A stretch of 61,559 nt of DNA, the filler included, from Sphacelaria rigidula (Eukaryota), in assembly GCA_964200075.2 (NCBI GenBank). It is 8 parts of 8 records of this genome, joined end to end, with 100 filler letters (N's around TTAATTAATTAA, not from the genome) between each part and the next. Parts side by side here need not be neighbours in the genome. Positions count along the whole stretch, not along the records: positions 38,539 to 46,145 come from CAXNAA020014116.1; positions 46,246 to 53,852 come from CAXNAA020014117.1; 6 more parts are not named here. One strand, given 5' to 3'. Below the pieces are notes generated by a model. The model worked only from the letters and a program-made list of their open reading frames with translations. It ran no database searches and had not been told where the DNA came from. The position numbers and the translations under genes were made by a program. Shown one piece after another: positions 40,210 through 52,429 of the stretch (within the stretch, counting starts at the first letter, position 1; the number at the start of each line of letters is the position of its first letter).

Positions 40210-40298
40210 CTGAGGTGGTCGCCAGTAAGTGTCTTGACATCCTGCACTTGGAAGGAATCCACGTAAAGATCGTCCAGACGCAGCAAAGCAACAGCATC
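40210..40298 (-). CDS. PNO1: PNO1/DIM2 exon (third seen); downstream C-terminal KH exon(s) not found before the contig end
   Basis: DAVALLRLDDLYVDSFQVQDVKTLTGDHL(S), cag acceptor, gtgtgt donor. Confidence 0.93.
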
Positions 40299-41696
40299 CT
40301 GTGTTTCTCGGCACACGTCCAAAACATGGGCAACCCAAGTAACACAGGAGAAAGAAAAAATAAGAGACAACAGGTGACGATCAAGGAACCAGCACGAGCT
40401 TGAGAGACTCAAAGCTCTCCGTAAGAGCGATGCATCATGCCACACCTCACACAAGATGGGACGTATAAAAGCGTCTCTGGATATTTTCTACTAGATTCGG
40501 CATTTTCTACTCTTACGTTTTTTTCGTTCGTCACGGGGTCAAGAACGGACAATTCCTCACGTCAGTCGGATCAAAATTCAATATTCGAACGACACTTAGA
40601 GTGCAAATCAGTTGGGTGTACCCATGATCTTGCACGTCGTAGTCATATTGATCATTGCCCTCGGATCCCTACAAAGCCGGCATAGAGCACGCCGGGTTTC
40701 CGCCGGGCCAGGCTCGCAGTCATAACCAAGCGCGAAGCGCCGTGATGTGTTGGGACAGTCGCATAAAGGGTGAGCTGCATCCTGCCAAGATTGTTCGACC
40801 AGAAGCCTACTGATTATCTTGCATGTGGATGACAGCGGAGCATGAGTTGCTTCATTTTCTGTTGTCGCCGCTTCCAGAGACAGCCACGGCTTGAACACTG
40901 CCTCATGGGTGTCTCACGAATCAGTGGGGGCGAACATCTTTCATTGATTGATTGGTGGTCGCACTTTAACTGACCCCCCAGGGATCGAATCATGGTCACA
41001 TGATAGAACATGTACCGATGATTCGTGTCGCACCTATAGCAGGTGGGAGTGATTCGTGACCAGGTGAAAAACCTCGGCGTTGGTCCTCTACAGGTGACCC
41101 ACAGTGAGGACGTTTGCCAACATGTGTGCCTTGTTCAACTCGCCAACGGCTCATTGCACGGTCTTGAATTTTCTGTTGACAAAGGCGAAGGCAATGTTCA
41201 ATTTTTTCAACTGCTTTGCTCTCATGTTCTCGTGACAATCGCTGCATAACCGCTGTCTTCGTGCTCCCGAATAAACGCGAACGCAAAGAAATACCCCGCC
41301 ATGAACAGGCTTTTGTTGTTCAGGTTCCTGTTCGAAGTTTTCCATCGTCTTGAAGAGGCTTTTCTGGTTCGGGATCGACACCCGCGAAAAAGAGCCAGCG
41401 TGAGCGACTTTCTATGGCCAGAACACGCGCCACAGGTATCAGGTGACATCCAAACCTAAGAGGTAATATACCGCTGCGCCTTCTTCGTGCACTGCAAAAG
41501 AAAGCGCGTGATAAGACGCCTTGCCGCCAAAGAAAACTCGGCAAGAGTGGTTGAACATGTGGAATGATACATGTACATGTATCAAAGCTATAACAACTCA
41601 TCACCGCGTAGCTGATTCAATGCAAGTATGAAATACCGACGAGCCAAAACGTACGAAGATTACCAACGTCTAGTTCTTTTCCGATTGTCTTGGCAC

Positions 41697-41814
41697 CTGT
41701 ACTTCGAAGCCCAGCATGAAGGCCTGGACGAAATCGGCGGTCTTTTGCAAAGCCGAAGCATCCTCCGTGTGCTCCGATGATTTCAATTCCACACATCGAT
41801 TGTCCCGGTTAAAC
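41697..41814 (-). CDS. PNO1: PNO1/DIM2 exon (second seen)
   Basis: (R)FNRDNRCVELKSSEHTEDASALQKTADFVQAFMLGFEVQ, cag acceptor, gtgcca donor. Confidence 0.95.
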
Positions 41815-42977
41815 CTGCTCAGCAAAAAAAGCATTACACCACAAGTGACGTCAGTGACCAACCACGCCACGGCGACAAAAACACGTCCATGTCGTTCAAT
41901 TCGAAGACCCCTCTTTCAAACGTTGAGAGAAGAGGCAAGGAGAAACATTTTAGGGGAGGAGAGGGATGCTGGGGTTAAAGAGTATCGGTGACCGTTTTCA
42001 GTTATCTACACCCTTGCTTTGTAGCCTCGTTCGTGTTCCTCTGTGCAACCGCCTGCCATCTGCTGCAAAATTGCAAGGGTGTGTTGGCTAGGGTAAATAC
42101 CCGGGCACTAACTCTCACGGAAGTTTGTGATGTGATGGTCCAAAACCAAACTCTCCCCGAAACACTGGGTGGATTTAGGTGAGGTCGCATACTCTACACA
42201 ATCAATACCTGAGGTTTGAAGAGTACGACCTCAATACGCTACCCAAGTCGGGTACTTGGAGCACGATTTCTATGAACGCCCAAATGTAGGAAAGACCCTG
42301 CTTAACACACCCATGCAAGATTGATCGTAGATCTCAGCAAGTTGCCACCCATGTTCAACTCCCGCGAAAACATTACTCAACTGCCAGCGGTTTCCCGCGA
42401 AATGAGACTTCCCAGAAAGCAGTAAAAACCGAGCTGAAATAAACAGCGACCTACGCCATCAAACTCGGGCTTGCCTTCAGAAACATAATGGTGAAATCTG
42501 GTGTCCGAAATCCTCAAAACGGCGTGAGAAATCGAACAAAAGATAAAATGTTACGATAAAGCGGCGTCCCCGTGCACTCCCGGCGGATCGTGACCCCGAA
42601 AAATCGGTGAATCCGGTTGACCCTTTGTAACAACTGAACACCAACGACCTCCGGCGTGCTTGCAGGAATATATGTGGGGGGGAAAATCGTCAAAAAAAAT
42701 GTTGAAAAAATAAGAGATATCAGTAGAAAAAACGAAATGATTCCAAACCCGCGCCAAGGCCGACAGAGCCAGATCCCGATAAACCCTTCAAATACTAGAC
42801 CGGAGCGTAGAGGTTTTTCAAGCGCGATGACCTTCTGGTCATCATTTAAACACCCACGGCGCTGCAGTACTGGATCGTGCGATCTTGGCGGGTATCGGTG
42901 ATTTCATAAACCTCTCGCCGAGGGGTACCTGTCGACAAAGCGTCATGCTGTTGACTACACCCTGTGCTTATCTCGAG

Positions 42978-43301
42978 GTGTGTTGTATGTGTTGTCATAC
43001 TCTCCATTCTGGACGCCAGTCTACACCTTTCGGTATACGTGGACGCATCAGCCGGGATTACACAGGAAGGAGGTCAACACAGGAGCTTCATAATCTTCAT
43101 TTTATTGCGAGGAAGGTTCAGCGCTCCCTGTCCCTAGTCGACCGTGAAGTTGACTTTCGTGTACCCACGACATGGTCGCTCTTCCCTGTTGGGCATGGTG
43201 TAAGTAAAACATCCCCGATCATGTGACGTCATCGAGATTCGAACCCACGTCCCAACAGTCAGCAGATCTCGAGGTTACCACCTGAGCACCGGGGCGACCG
43301 G
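42978..43301 (-). mobile_element. tRNA-derived SINE, near full length, in a PNO1 intron
   Basis: Head CCGGTCGCCCCGGTGCTCAGGTGGTAACC...GGGTTCGAATCTC (A/B boxes) plus the family body. Confidence 0.85.
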
Positions 43302-45676
43302 TTTCGGAGTGCATCCCACCCCTCAACCCTTTGATCTACAGACTCCCCCCTCCCCCCCCCCCCGAGATCGCCCAATATAATTCATGATTAAGTTTGGCTC
43401 CGGACCTGTTGTTCATCAAGTGGCATAGCGCCCTTGTATCCAGACAAATGGGCGTGGAATATATGGAAATTAGTGTGAGAACTCCTGATTGTTTTTTTCA
43501 TCTGGCCAAACCACGCGGGTGCACATAACAACGTGCGTTTTGTCATGCTGATGCTGTCATGCGCAAGTAAGGGGCGATGTACTCGAGCAACATACTCTCC
43601 GCCTCGCTTCAGCGATATTGGTACTTTCAAGGCGTTGCTGACGCACCTCTTGCATGCTCTAGTGTATGTCACGTATGCCACGTCATCTCAATAGCACTTA
43701 CTACACATACATGGCCAATCGGCTCCCGTCCAGCGAAACACTTATTAATACCCACAATAGTATTTAGTCTCTACCCTGCTTTCGTCGCTGTTGCTTACTC
43801 GAGAGTGTTTGCTGTCCTCTGCAATCCTTTCAAGGATCGGACAAATTCATGATTTGTGTGGAAGTTGCTTAATGCCAGTGTACTTGATTGGTGCCGTTAT
43901 GAATCTATCCTAAGCCGTTGTTTTCAGCGTTGCAACCCATGTACACGCAGCCCAGGCACATAGAATGGCGCAAAAGTTGGGTAAAGACATTTTTTACCAG
44001 TAGTAAACTTCTCTTCTCTTCTTCCGGCAATCAGGTCTGAAAAAACGAGGATTTTGCTATTCAGACCGACGATGATCCTTCGAAGGGCTTGATTTCTTCC
44101 AGAGGAATATGTGCCCTCTACCGTAGCGCTTTCACGTATCGCGTACTCTCGAGCAATCTTGACCCTTGAGAGCTTCCACATACATTATGCTCTATAATAA
44201 TCTGGACACTCCAGAGTATATATATACATATATATATATATATCCTTCAGAGTATATAACATATACTCTGCAGTATTTTTCAGGGGAAACCGATTGGCCA
44301 CATGTGTATGGTACCGCGCTACCGCTGTTCTGTATAGACGAAATTTTTCATCGCCGACTATTTTTGTATCATCATTATTTCCGCACATTAGCCCGATCTC
44401 TCGAACGCGTGGTCACGGGCGTGGGCTAGAAACAACAAAAAAAGGGTACAGACACAGTGGTATAGACAGCGCTCTTGCTCTCCACTGCACACAGTACGGT
44501 GCAACCACTGTTTCTATCTCTGATCAGTGTAATACAACAGTAATGCCGAGCTCGTCAAAACACAAGATTGGGTAGGTTCACATGGGAGCATGGCGGCGCG
44601 TGTACTGTGCCAACTTGACAGAGGATTTCAGTGCGAGCATCCCCCACACTCCCTTGAGCAAAGCTTGCGAACGCTCCAGCCGCCTTCCCCACATGACAGC
44701 CGCGAGGCAGTCTAGCCGAACCTTCGGGTAATTGGCACACGAACTCACTTGCGAGGTAAGTGTTGAGTTGGGTTTCCTCCTTCCGTCTAGGAAAAAAAGA
44801 GGGAAGACAGGGTAGGTAAGTGGGTGGCTAAGATGTGAAGACAACGAAAAACACTCCCATTGCTGTGCGCGCCTATAGTCAATGGTCAGATGTTGAACAC
44901 ACAGCTACACCTCCAGGCGGTTGATATTGGGCGATTTGTAGGGGACCTGGGTGGATCATTCCACCAATCAGAACTATCGAAATAGTCGTCCCACCCCTTC
45001 CCCGGTCTGTTACCCGACCTACAAATATTGTGGAAACATGCAGTGGTTGATCTGGAAAGCATTCGCTGATGATGGGGGAACCTGCACACACCCCAGTCGA
45101 GAATATCAATACATCCCGGACTGCCAGCCGATGGATATGTTCCGAAACGATGCTGGCGACCAAAAGGTGAAACCTTTGACCCCCAGGCTGGGTCATCTGT
45201 TCAATCGGCATAATTTTCACTTGAAATATGTATGTCAGACGCGCCAGATGACCCACCGAGGCGGTCGGCGGCGTCAAAAGCGCCTACATGAGTTCGTTCT
45301 TGCAGAAATCGGCATCCATTGCACCTTAAAAAAATGACTTACTCAAGTCAGTTTGTTCATTTGTCCCTTCACTCTGGAAACCCATTTCCTTCGGATGGAC
45401 ACGTGGGCGGGCAATAGCCGCTGTGGATAAGTAGAAAAACAAATGTCTTCATCGAAATATCAAACATGAGACAGGACCCGGGGACCCCAGAGTAAACGGT
45501 ATGAACTACCATTGGGCTCAGGGGGGGCGGGACGTCCAGAGGGGATATGCGCAGCAGCTACAGCGTCGGGGTCACCAACGACGAAGGGCCAGCCCATGAT
45601 GTTGTTCCGAAAAGAGGTCTGACACCCATGACTTCACCAGGTTTGGCTCGAAGCGGGTAAGTGAATCGACACTTGC

Positions 45677-45873
45677 CTGATCTGAAGCTTCATGTGTTCG
45701 ACGGTCGGTGTAACGATATTATCCCAAGATTCCCGCAGAGGCGTATATCGATGCGGGGGGCAGCGAATTCGTCTATAGTCGTCCTGGCCTCCCCCCATTT
45801 CTCTAGCACTGAGGGCCGGAAAATTCGGCCTTGCCACATGCGCCCTCTTCGTGCCTGCGTTGTTCTCTTCCAT
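45677..45873 (-). CDS. PNO1: PNO1/DIM2 (40S ribosome biogenesis KH-domain RNA-binding protein) exon; start at ATG 45873 or an acceptor at ~45912
   Basis: RPNFPALS...YRRIRCPPHRYTPLRESWDNIVTPTVEHMKLQIR matches the PNO1 signature RYTPLK.NW..I.TP.VEH..LQIR. Confidence 0.95.
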
Positions 45874-46318
45874 ACCTACATCATCCTGTGCGGCTGCCGC
45901 CGCAGCCTCAACCTGCTCGGGTTGGGTGCAGTGTATACATGCAGAGGCGCAGTATCGGCGGCGAGAGAAGGGATCAAAGAACGCGAGGAGGCGAATTTCC
46001 CCGACGCGTAACTCGAGGCGGGGGAAGCGAAAATAGTCATGCCCCATTTCACTCGGTGAAACGTTGGTGAACAAGGGGCCCTACAGACTGGAAAACGGTG
46101 TTCACCCCCCCAATTTCCCGAAAACCTCATTTTGGGCGACCGGGGNNNNNNNNNNNNNNNNNNNNNNNNNNNNNNNNNNNNNNNNNNNNTTAATTAATTA
46201 ANNNNNNNNNNNNNNNNNNNNNNNNNNNNNNNNNNNNNNNNNNNNTTGATCACAACGCCAGGTGCAATGTGTGATGCATAGTGTTGTCCAAGCTGGTGAT
46301 GTACGAAGTACACTCCAA

Positions 46319-46609
46319 GCCGGTCGCCCCGGTGGCTCAGTTGGTAACCTTGAAACCCTCTTGACAGTTGGATCGTGGGTCCAATTCTCGGAGCGATCTG
46401 GGATTTCTTCCCACACTAGCCCAACAGTGGAGAGCGACTATGTCGTGGGTACACAAAATTCGACTTAATGGTCGAAGAGAGACAGGGGCTGCTGAACCCC
46501 TCTCGCGATAAAAAAATTAAGGCAAGCACCGCAGAAGGAAGGTGGGGTACTCTAAACAAATAAAATAAAAAAGCTCATGTGTTGACCGTCCTCCTGTGTG
46601 ACCCCGGCC

Positions 46610-46656
<47 letters not shown>
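46319..46656 (+). mobile_element. tRNA-derived SINE with (CA)n tail
   Basis: GCCGGTCGCCCCGGTGGCTCAGTTGGTAACC A-box head, degenerate B box, ends in (CA)n. Confidence 0.88.
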
Positions 46657-46659
<3 letters not shown>

Positions 46660-47371
46660 GCGACCACTTTTCTGTAATACTTCGATCGAATCAGAGCATA
46701 CACCTTGAATCTGCGCACTGCGCACTGTGAACACACTCCTCATTATTCAATAACAAACACGCCAAACCTCGAACCTACGCGATAAATACAAATGCGAGCT
46801 CGCTTTCTCTGTTTTCCAAACTAAACAAGGGAAAACGTCGGCAGCATACGTCCGATTTTTTCAGTGGTGGATGCCCAACAGAGTCTGATCTTCAGACCTC
46901 TATCAGAGGGCTGCTTTTTTACCGACCGAGCGTGTCCAGTTCCCTTACTTGTACACGTGGGCTTGCAGGGATGGGGCGTGGGAAAAGTCTAAAGGATTTG
47001 CAGCCTTCGCGGGTAATTTTGCTTCCCGTTCTCTTCACTCTTGGAGGAGAGCACTGGGGCGGCCACTGGTGATGCAGCAGCCGCTGTACCAGACACAGCA
47101 GCTACAGACTGTTCGGCAGAAACGTCCACCGCAGACTCTGCGGTATGGCCAGCGACAAAGCCGAAAGTCTGAAGGCTCATGTTGCAGACCGGTGTGGTTC
47201 CCAGCAAGCGAATTCGCAGTGCGCAGATGACGATGTGCGTAGTTTGTGGGGTATGGGGTGTGAGGTGTGGGGTGTGTGGTGGGCGATGGGGGTGGTGGGC
47301 GGTAGGCGGAGGCATGCGAAAAAGGGGGGGAAATATGCTGCCTACCACCCACCCCCGGTAAAGAAACAAAA

Positions 47372-47521
47372 TGTCGACAGTATCGATATCCGATATCCGA
47401 TATCGATATTGATACGTATCGACAAATATCGGCTTGGAAACCGGCGATCTCGATACGATTTACCGTATCGACGATAGTCATCGAAATCGTACCGATTTTC
47501 GATATCCGATCTCCAACACTG
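47372..47521. mobile_element. hAT-like MITE terminus (ATCGAT/GATATC-rich subterminal repeats ending CCAACACTG)
   Basis: Dense short palindromic motifs and a CAGTGTTGG-type end. Confidence 0.5.
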
Positions 47522-48089
47522 GTGTGCAGCATAGCTTTACGCTGAGTGCCAATCGCATACTACCAATCGGAGTGGACGTAACTACAGCACGGTCGCAAGC
47601 TTTTGCGTCTCAACCCTCGAGAGATTCCTCCAGTTTCATGACCCATGTTCTCTCGTTCACTATTCCAGACTGTTCACATGGGCAGGGCCAGTAAGTGACC
47701 TTGCCGAAACTGCGGTGTGGCAAATTACTGCGGAGAAACCCAACCCAATCTCGCGAGAGGAATGCAAGTAAACAACAAATAGCACCACTCTTGAATTTGC
47801 GCCGACCACCCGAAGTCTATGATGCGCGAGTGCGGGGAGATACGGTAGATAACACCCATTTATTCGCCGGCGAACATACCCACAACCATCGGGTTATGTA
47901 GACGACAAGCGTTTCGAGCCATATTTCCTCCCAAGTACGCGAAAGCCACATCGCTGAAAAGATTTTCACTGAAAATAAAAGATTTTTCCCTGAGAAAAAG
48001 CAAGGTTGAACAACACAACGACAGGGGGTGCTATACTCCGTTACTCTTGGGTTGCCGTACTGTAGTAGTACCTTTCAGTAAGCATTCAC

Positions 48090-48212
48090 CTGGCCATTTG
48101 CGCGAAGGAACGCGAATATCTCATGAAGTCGAGCCAGCGATCGTTCGTGAAGTGGTCCTGAGTACAGTTCCTCCAGCGCAGCCACGGCCTTCTCCTCTCC
48201 CGGGCCAGACAT
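48090..48212 (-). CDS. Putative first exon of an unknown gene divergent from SDE2
   Basis: ATG-initiated 41 codons MSGPGEEKAVAALEELYSGPLHERSLARLHEIFAFLRANGQ ending in CAG|GTGAAT; an Ala/Ser-rich open segment at ~47040-47170 may be a later exon. Confidence 0.5.
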
Positions 48213-48709
48213 CACAACCACGTTCCAACTATGATGATCATTTGAAAAACACGTTTTTTTTTGCGGTCACTTTCGCCTTCCCGATTCAGACCCGCGACAT
48301 GAACGGCACTTCCCTGACGGCGAGGCCCTGACGCAGGAAGATAGGTGCCGAATATACCCTATTCTATATATTTGATTATATATTTTACGGAAATGCCATA
48401 TCAAAAGCTTCTTGCATTAGAGTGGGAAGGATGAAAAGACGTGTCAACAACACCTAAAGAATGTATCAACGTTCACGTGTGCGTTTTGGAAGAAGACAAC
48501 AGTATACGCGATTTGACGGCATTCACTGCCGAACACCGGGCAGGCAGCACGCCTTGCTCTTTGGCTTGTCCGCTGTTGTTGCATCGCACCGTCGAGGTAA
48601 ATAGTACGTCATAAAGAGGTTCTACAACCTACGACGTATTGGTATTCATAAGGTAAATTCGACAACGGTTTCGCAAATCAATCTAAGGTGGAAGCAAAGA
48701 ACGAGCATC
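48213..48709. promoter_or_regulatory. Probable bidirectional promoter region
   Basis: Short interval without recognised repeats between head-to-head ATGs (inference from position). Confidence 0.4.
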
Positions 48710-49051
48710 ATGGCCCAAGCTTCTATGGGGCATTGGGATACCCACACCGGCAAACAGCAACAGCATCAACCACGCCAACACTTGGTAGAGTTTCAGGGCC
48801 GGACACTATGCATATCCACCGAAAAACAGCCCACAACAAGTGGTGTAGTCTTGCAGTCTTTATATGCAGCACTGCACGTTTCTAAGACCGCCGTAGATGC
48901 GCTGGAAGCACCATGGCGCCTCATGTGCTGCGGGAGGTTTCTGGCACCGGAGGACAGGGTGCCTGCCCTGAGTGTACTGAGGGTGTGGACGGGCGGGCTG
49001 AAGGGCGGCAAAGGAGGGTTTGGAGCTATGCTGAGGGCAATGGCTAAGCAG
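48710..49051 (+). CDS. SDE2: SDE2 exon 1: ubiquitin-like N-terminal domain and GG^KGGFG cleavage motif
   Basis: ...VLRVWTGGLKGGKGGFGAMLRAMAKQ; splices in phase 0 to 52088. Confidence 0.93.
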
Positions 49052-49575
49052 GCAAGCAAGAGATTGGAGTTCGCAAACGCTTTTTCAATTGGTTCTTGTG
49101 TTCAGAGTTGTTGACGCCGATATTTAACTTTGAGGCGAAAGTTTTCCCCTCTATGACGGGGAATAACACCCTCTGGCAAGGATGCTGCAGCGCATGACAG
49201 TATATACTTACCCTCCCGCTTCTGCTTTGCAATACTTCAATTCAGATGATGATACTTTAAGGGGAAGATGGCATCGAAAACGTGGCCGTGGAGAATTTTC
49301 CCTGTGCAGATCGTTCCCTCTCATTAATCGTAGTGGCATCCGCATCTGTCGAAGTCACTGAGCGCAAGATGTTGAATGCTCTCAACTGCTCATCAGTATT
49401 GTACACACCACATGATCTGGAAAGCTCAGAATTTGAACTCAGCTTTTGAATTTTTTCGTTCAGAGCACTGTGAAAAGAGATTGTGTGCATGTGTATGGGG
49501 AGTGGGCATTCTTCCATAAATGCAAACACCGGCAGATAGTACTATCGGATTCTGCTTACCACCTACTTTCATTTA

Positions 49576-50721
49576 CGAGCTGGGCCAGCCAACAATGGGT
49601 AATTTTCTCGTTCAGGCGACGCACTGCGTAAAATTAGGAGTTGGACGCTGAAAAATCGACAGCAGCTTATTACGATCGACATGCAGAACATCACGAGAGC
49701 AGCATAGAACAAAAAAAAAAAACGATCGCGATTTGAAATTTCAGCAAAAACAAGATAACGTCATTGGACCGAGTCTAACGGGAGCCGTTCAAAATTCCTG
49801 TTCCAAACTGCTTTTTTTGGCCCTTCTTCGTCGTTTCAAGCCTGAAAAGAGGGCTAGGCAGATGTTGACGCCTTGGAATGACTGACACTACTAAATGAGA
49901 CCGTTCGAGGACAACTTTGCATTTCCCGCTGGCTGCATTTTTGGCCAAACACGGATTTTGAATGAAAAACGGCCAAGCGATGATTAAACAGCGGGAAATT
50001 TTCATCACCTGATCGATTTTCACTAAAAATCCGTGTTTGTCCTGATTTGGCCAAGAGCAAAGGTGCGGCCAGCGGGAAATGCAAAGTTGCCCTGGAACGG
50101 TCTCAACGAGTAGAGCAAGTCATCCCAAGGCGTGAACATCCGCCTAGCCCTCTTTTCGGGCGTAAATCGACGGAGAAGGGCCCAAAAGGCAGTTTTCGAC
50201 AGGAATTTGAACGGCTCCCATTAGATTTGGCCTTCGTCCAGGAAAAAAATGAGAATCTGCAGCTGCTCGCGCGATGTATCATTTCCTTTGGTACTTAAGG
50301 TCTTCCGTGAAATTTCAGCTCAAGAGTCGTCGAATTGGGCGGGGCCTCGCACTTTTCTTGTGACGCAGCCGGGCCCCCATGATTCAAGAGGAGACTCAAT
50401 CATGGAGGTCATGAGTTCGAATCCCGACAGATTTTTTTTTTTATCCGTCCTCGAGGTAATATATTATGCAGCACATTTTTCTTTCTTTGTTTTTTCATTC
50501 AGCGGCGGTGCCATGTGTTACCAGCTTGGTCTTCACTTCACAGTGATATGCTTACATCGGGGGAGACCGGGAAAGCTTTGGTGTGGACAACCCTTGGCCG
50601 CTTTAATCCTTGGACCGCGAGATTAGTCTTTCTGGTTCATGCATACTTTTTTCACTTGAAATTGATGCCGATTCAACCGAAGACTAACCTCGCGGTCTAA
50701 GGGTTGAGCTGGCCCAGCTCG
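49576..50721. mobile_element. TA-flanked non-autonomous DNA transposon family C in SDE2 intron 1; contains a fold-back, a B-box and a nested TTAA MITE
   Basis: TA|CGAGCTGGGCCAGC...GCTGGCCCAGCTCG|TA (14-bp perfect TIR). Confidence 0.82.
49774..50225. repeat. Long imperfect fold-back (~175-bp arms)
   Basis: TCTAACGGGAGCCGTTCAAAATTCCTG...CAGGAATTTGAACGGCTCCCATTAGA; related sequence at ~29810-30060. Confidence 0.9.
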
Positions 50722-51036
50722 TATGTACATCCATCACAGATCTCAAATGGCGAGGACGTCCAGTCATCGCGGACCCTTGTCATCAACTTCTTCATGGCAA
50801 CTCCTAAGCCGCTAGCTCACATCTGAAGCAAGCGCTTGCATAGGCTTGTCGCTGGAAGCTGTGGACAACGTTTGGCCGCTTTAAGCTGGCCCAGCTCGTA
50901 TGTACATCCATCACAGGTCTCTAATGGCGAGGACATCCAGTCATCGCAGACCCTTGTCATTTACTTCATCATGGCAACTCCTAAGCCGCTAGCTCACATC
51001 TGAAGCAAGCACTCACGTAGGCTTGTCGCTGGAAGC
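50582..51036 (+). repeat. Tandem duplication (~178-bp unit); first unit carries the TTAA MITE 50607-50703
   Basis: Units 50582-50859 and 50860-51036 are colinear apart from the insertion. Confidence 0.92.
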
Positions 51037-52087
51037 TTCATCAGTGACACCATCGCGGCCATTTCTTGAAGTCGCTACTTGATATCTCGGGCGAACACAC
51101 ACAGGAACTTGCCGCCGACAGCTGAAACCGACCATACTCCGCAAACCTTGACCCAGATACATGTAGCAGACACACTTCCATATCGAAATAATCCCTCGAC
51201 TCGGTATCTACAAACGCATGCCGCGACATACCATTTGCTCAACGTCGGATCTCCCATCCCTGCACAATGACACTCTTCAGAAGCGCCGGGCGGGCGGACA
51301 AGACCGATGAAAACCATGGCAGACCATGACTCACCGCTAGAACTGCCTGCACGTGACCAAAAAGCTGCCCGAAAATTGAGACCGCCAATCAGAATGTATT
51401 ATAACCCGTCTACCTACACAGTCCCTAGCGCTTCAGCTGACAATCGCTGTCATCTATGGAGCTACAGGCAACATCGTTCCATGCACGGACGGGCCCGCAT
51501 CTGTTCTGCATATCCATCTCTAACGAATAATCACTTACATGTAAAATGTAATTCATCGGCAATTCCAAATTTTCCCAGCTCGCGAACGTTTCCCCCTTAA
51601 TGAGAAATGAAACACCTCGCTTTATTTCCGTGAGGTGATGTATGACTCTAGGGCTCACGACACGTAGCGGTGAGATTACCTGCTTGAATGTCCCAAGAAA
51701 TTTTGAAAACGAAAAAGTGCAATCCCCCCAAGGTATTTACTACATCAGATCTCAGGTTTTATGCGACATCTTCCGGCGACTGACTGCATTCTTCCACACC
51801 ACAATAACTGCGTTTATATTATCCTCTTGAAACTCGCTCTATTCGGGCCCACAGCTATTCTCGTTTTTGGTCTTTTCATCTCTTGTTTTACCAGCACCTT
51901 TGGCTGTCAAGAGTTTATACGCTTTGGCGCGGGGCATCCGCTCGTGCACCAAAATCAAGCTGCAATGTGTCCGCACCGGCTCAAAAATGGACCCAGAAAT
52001 AAGTTGCCACAATCCGACAAGTCTCAAAGCTTTGTTGTGTCTATTTTTAAGTGAAACCAACTCTTTTTTTCCCGTCGACACGTACAG

Positions 52088-52194
52088 GCGGGAGCAAAGC
52101 CTACGACGGACTTTGGTGCTTGTCGAGACCTCCAAGGGCGGCGACTGAGACACGTCAACGATGAAGTGCGCCTTCAAAAGTGGCAGGAAGCAAG
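52088..52194 (+). CDS. SDE2: SDE2 exon 2
   Basis: AGAKPTTDFGACRDLQGRRLRHVNDEVRLQKWQEA matches the SDE2 motif TT...ACRDL.GRRLR.VN; tacag acceptor, gtacac donor. Confidence 0.95.
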
Positions 52195-52429
52195 GTACAC
52201 TTTCGCAGATCACGGAGACAAAAGTGGGGGCCGGTTGCGAGTGTTCTTCGCGTTTTTTTCGCGTCATGTTTTTGGCGTCGCTTTCGCTCCTCCTACAGCA
52301 TCCGGAAGTGTCGCAGATTCTCTCTGATTCCAGTGTACACTGTTTGTACTGCTCGGTTCTCTGTTCTGTTGAGCTGATTTGGTCACTGGACACCTGAGTG
52401 TTGTTAGTCTATTAATACCCAGGGGAAAA

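Noticed and set aside
44951-45337. ORF containing FADD (possible LINE RT motif)
   Set aside because: No QG..LSP or other RT motifs in register; insufficient evidence
50370-50430. tRNA genes suggested by GTTCGAATCCC motifs (also ~12475, ~43235, ~52735)
   Set aside because: No complete cloverleaf; all are embedded in repeated SINE/MITE bodies
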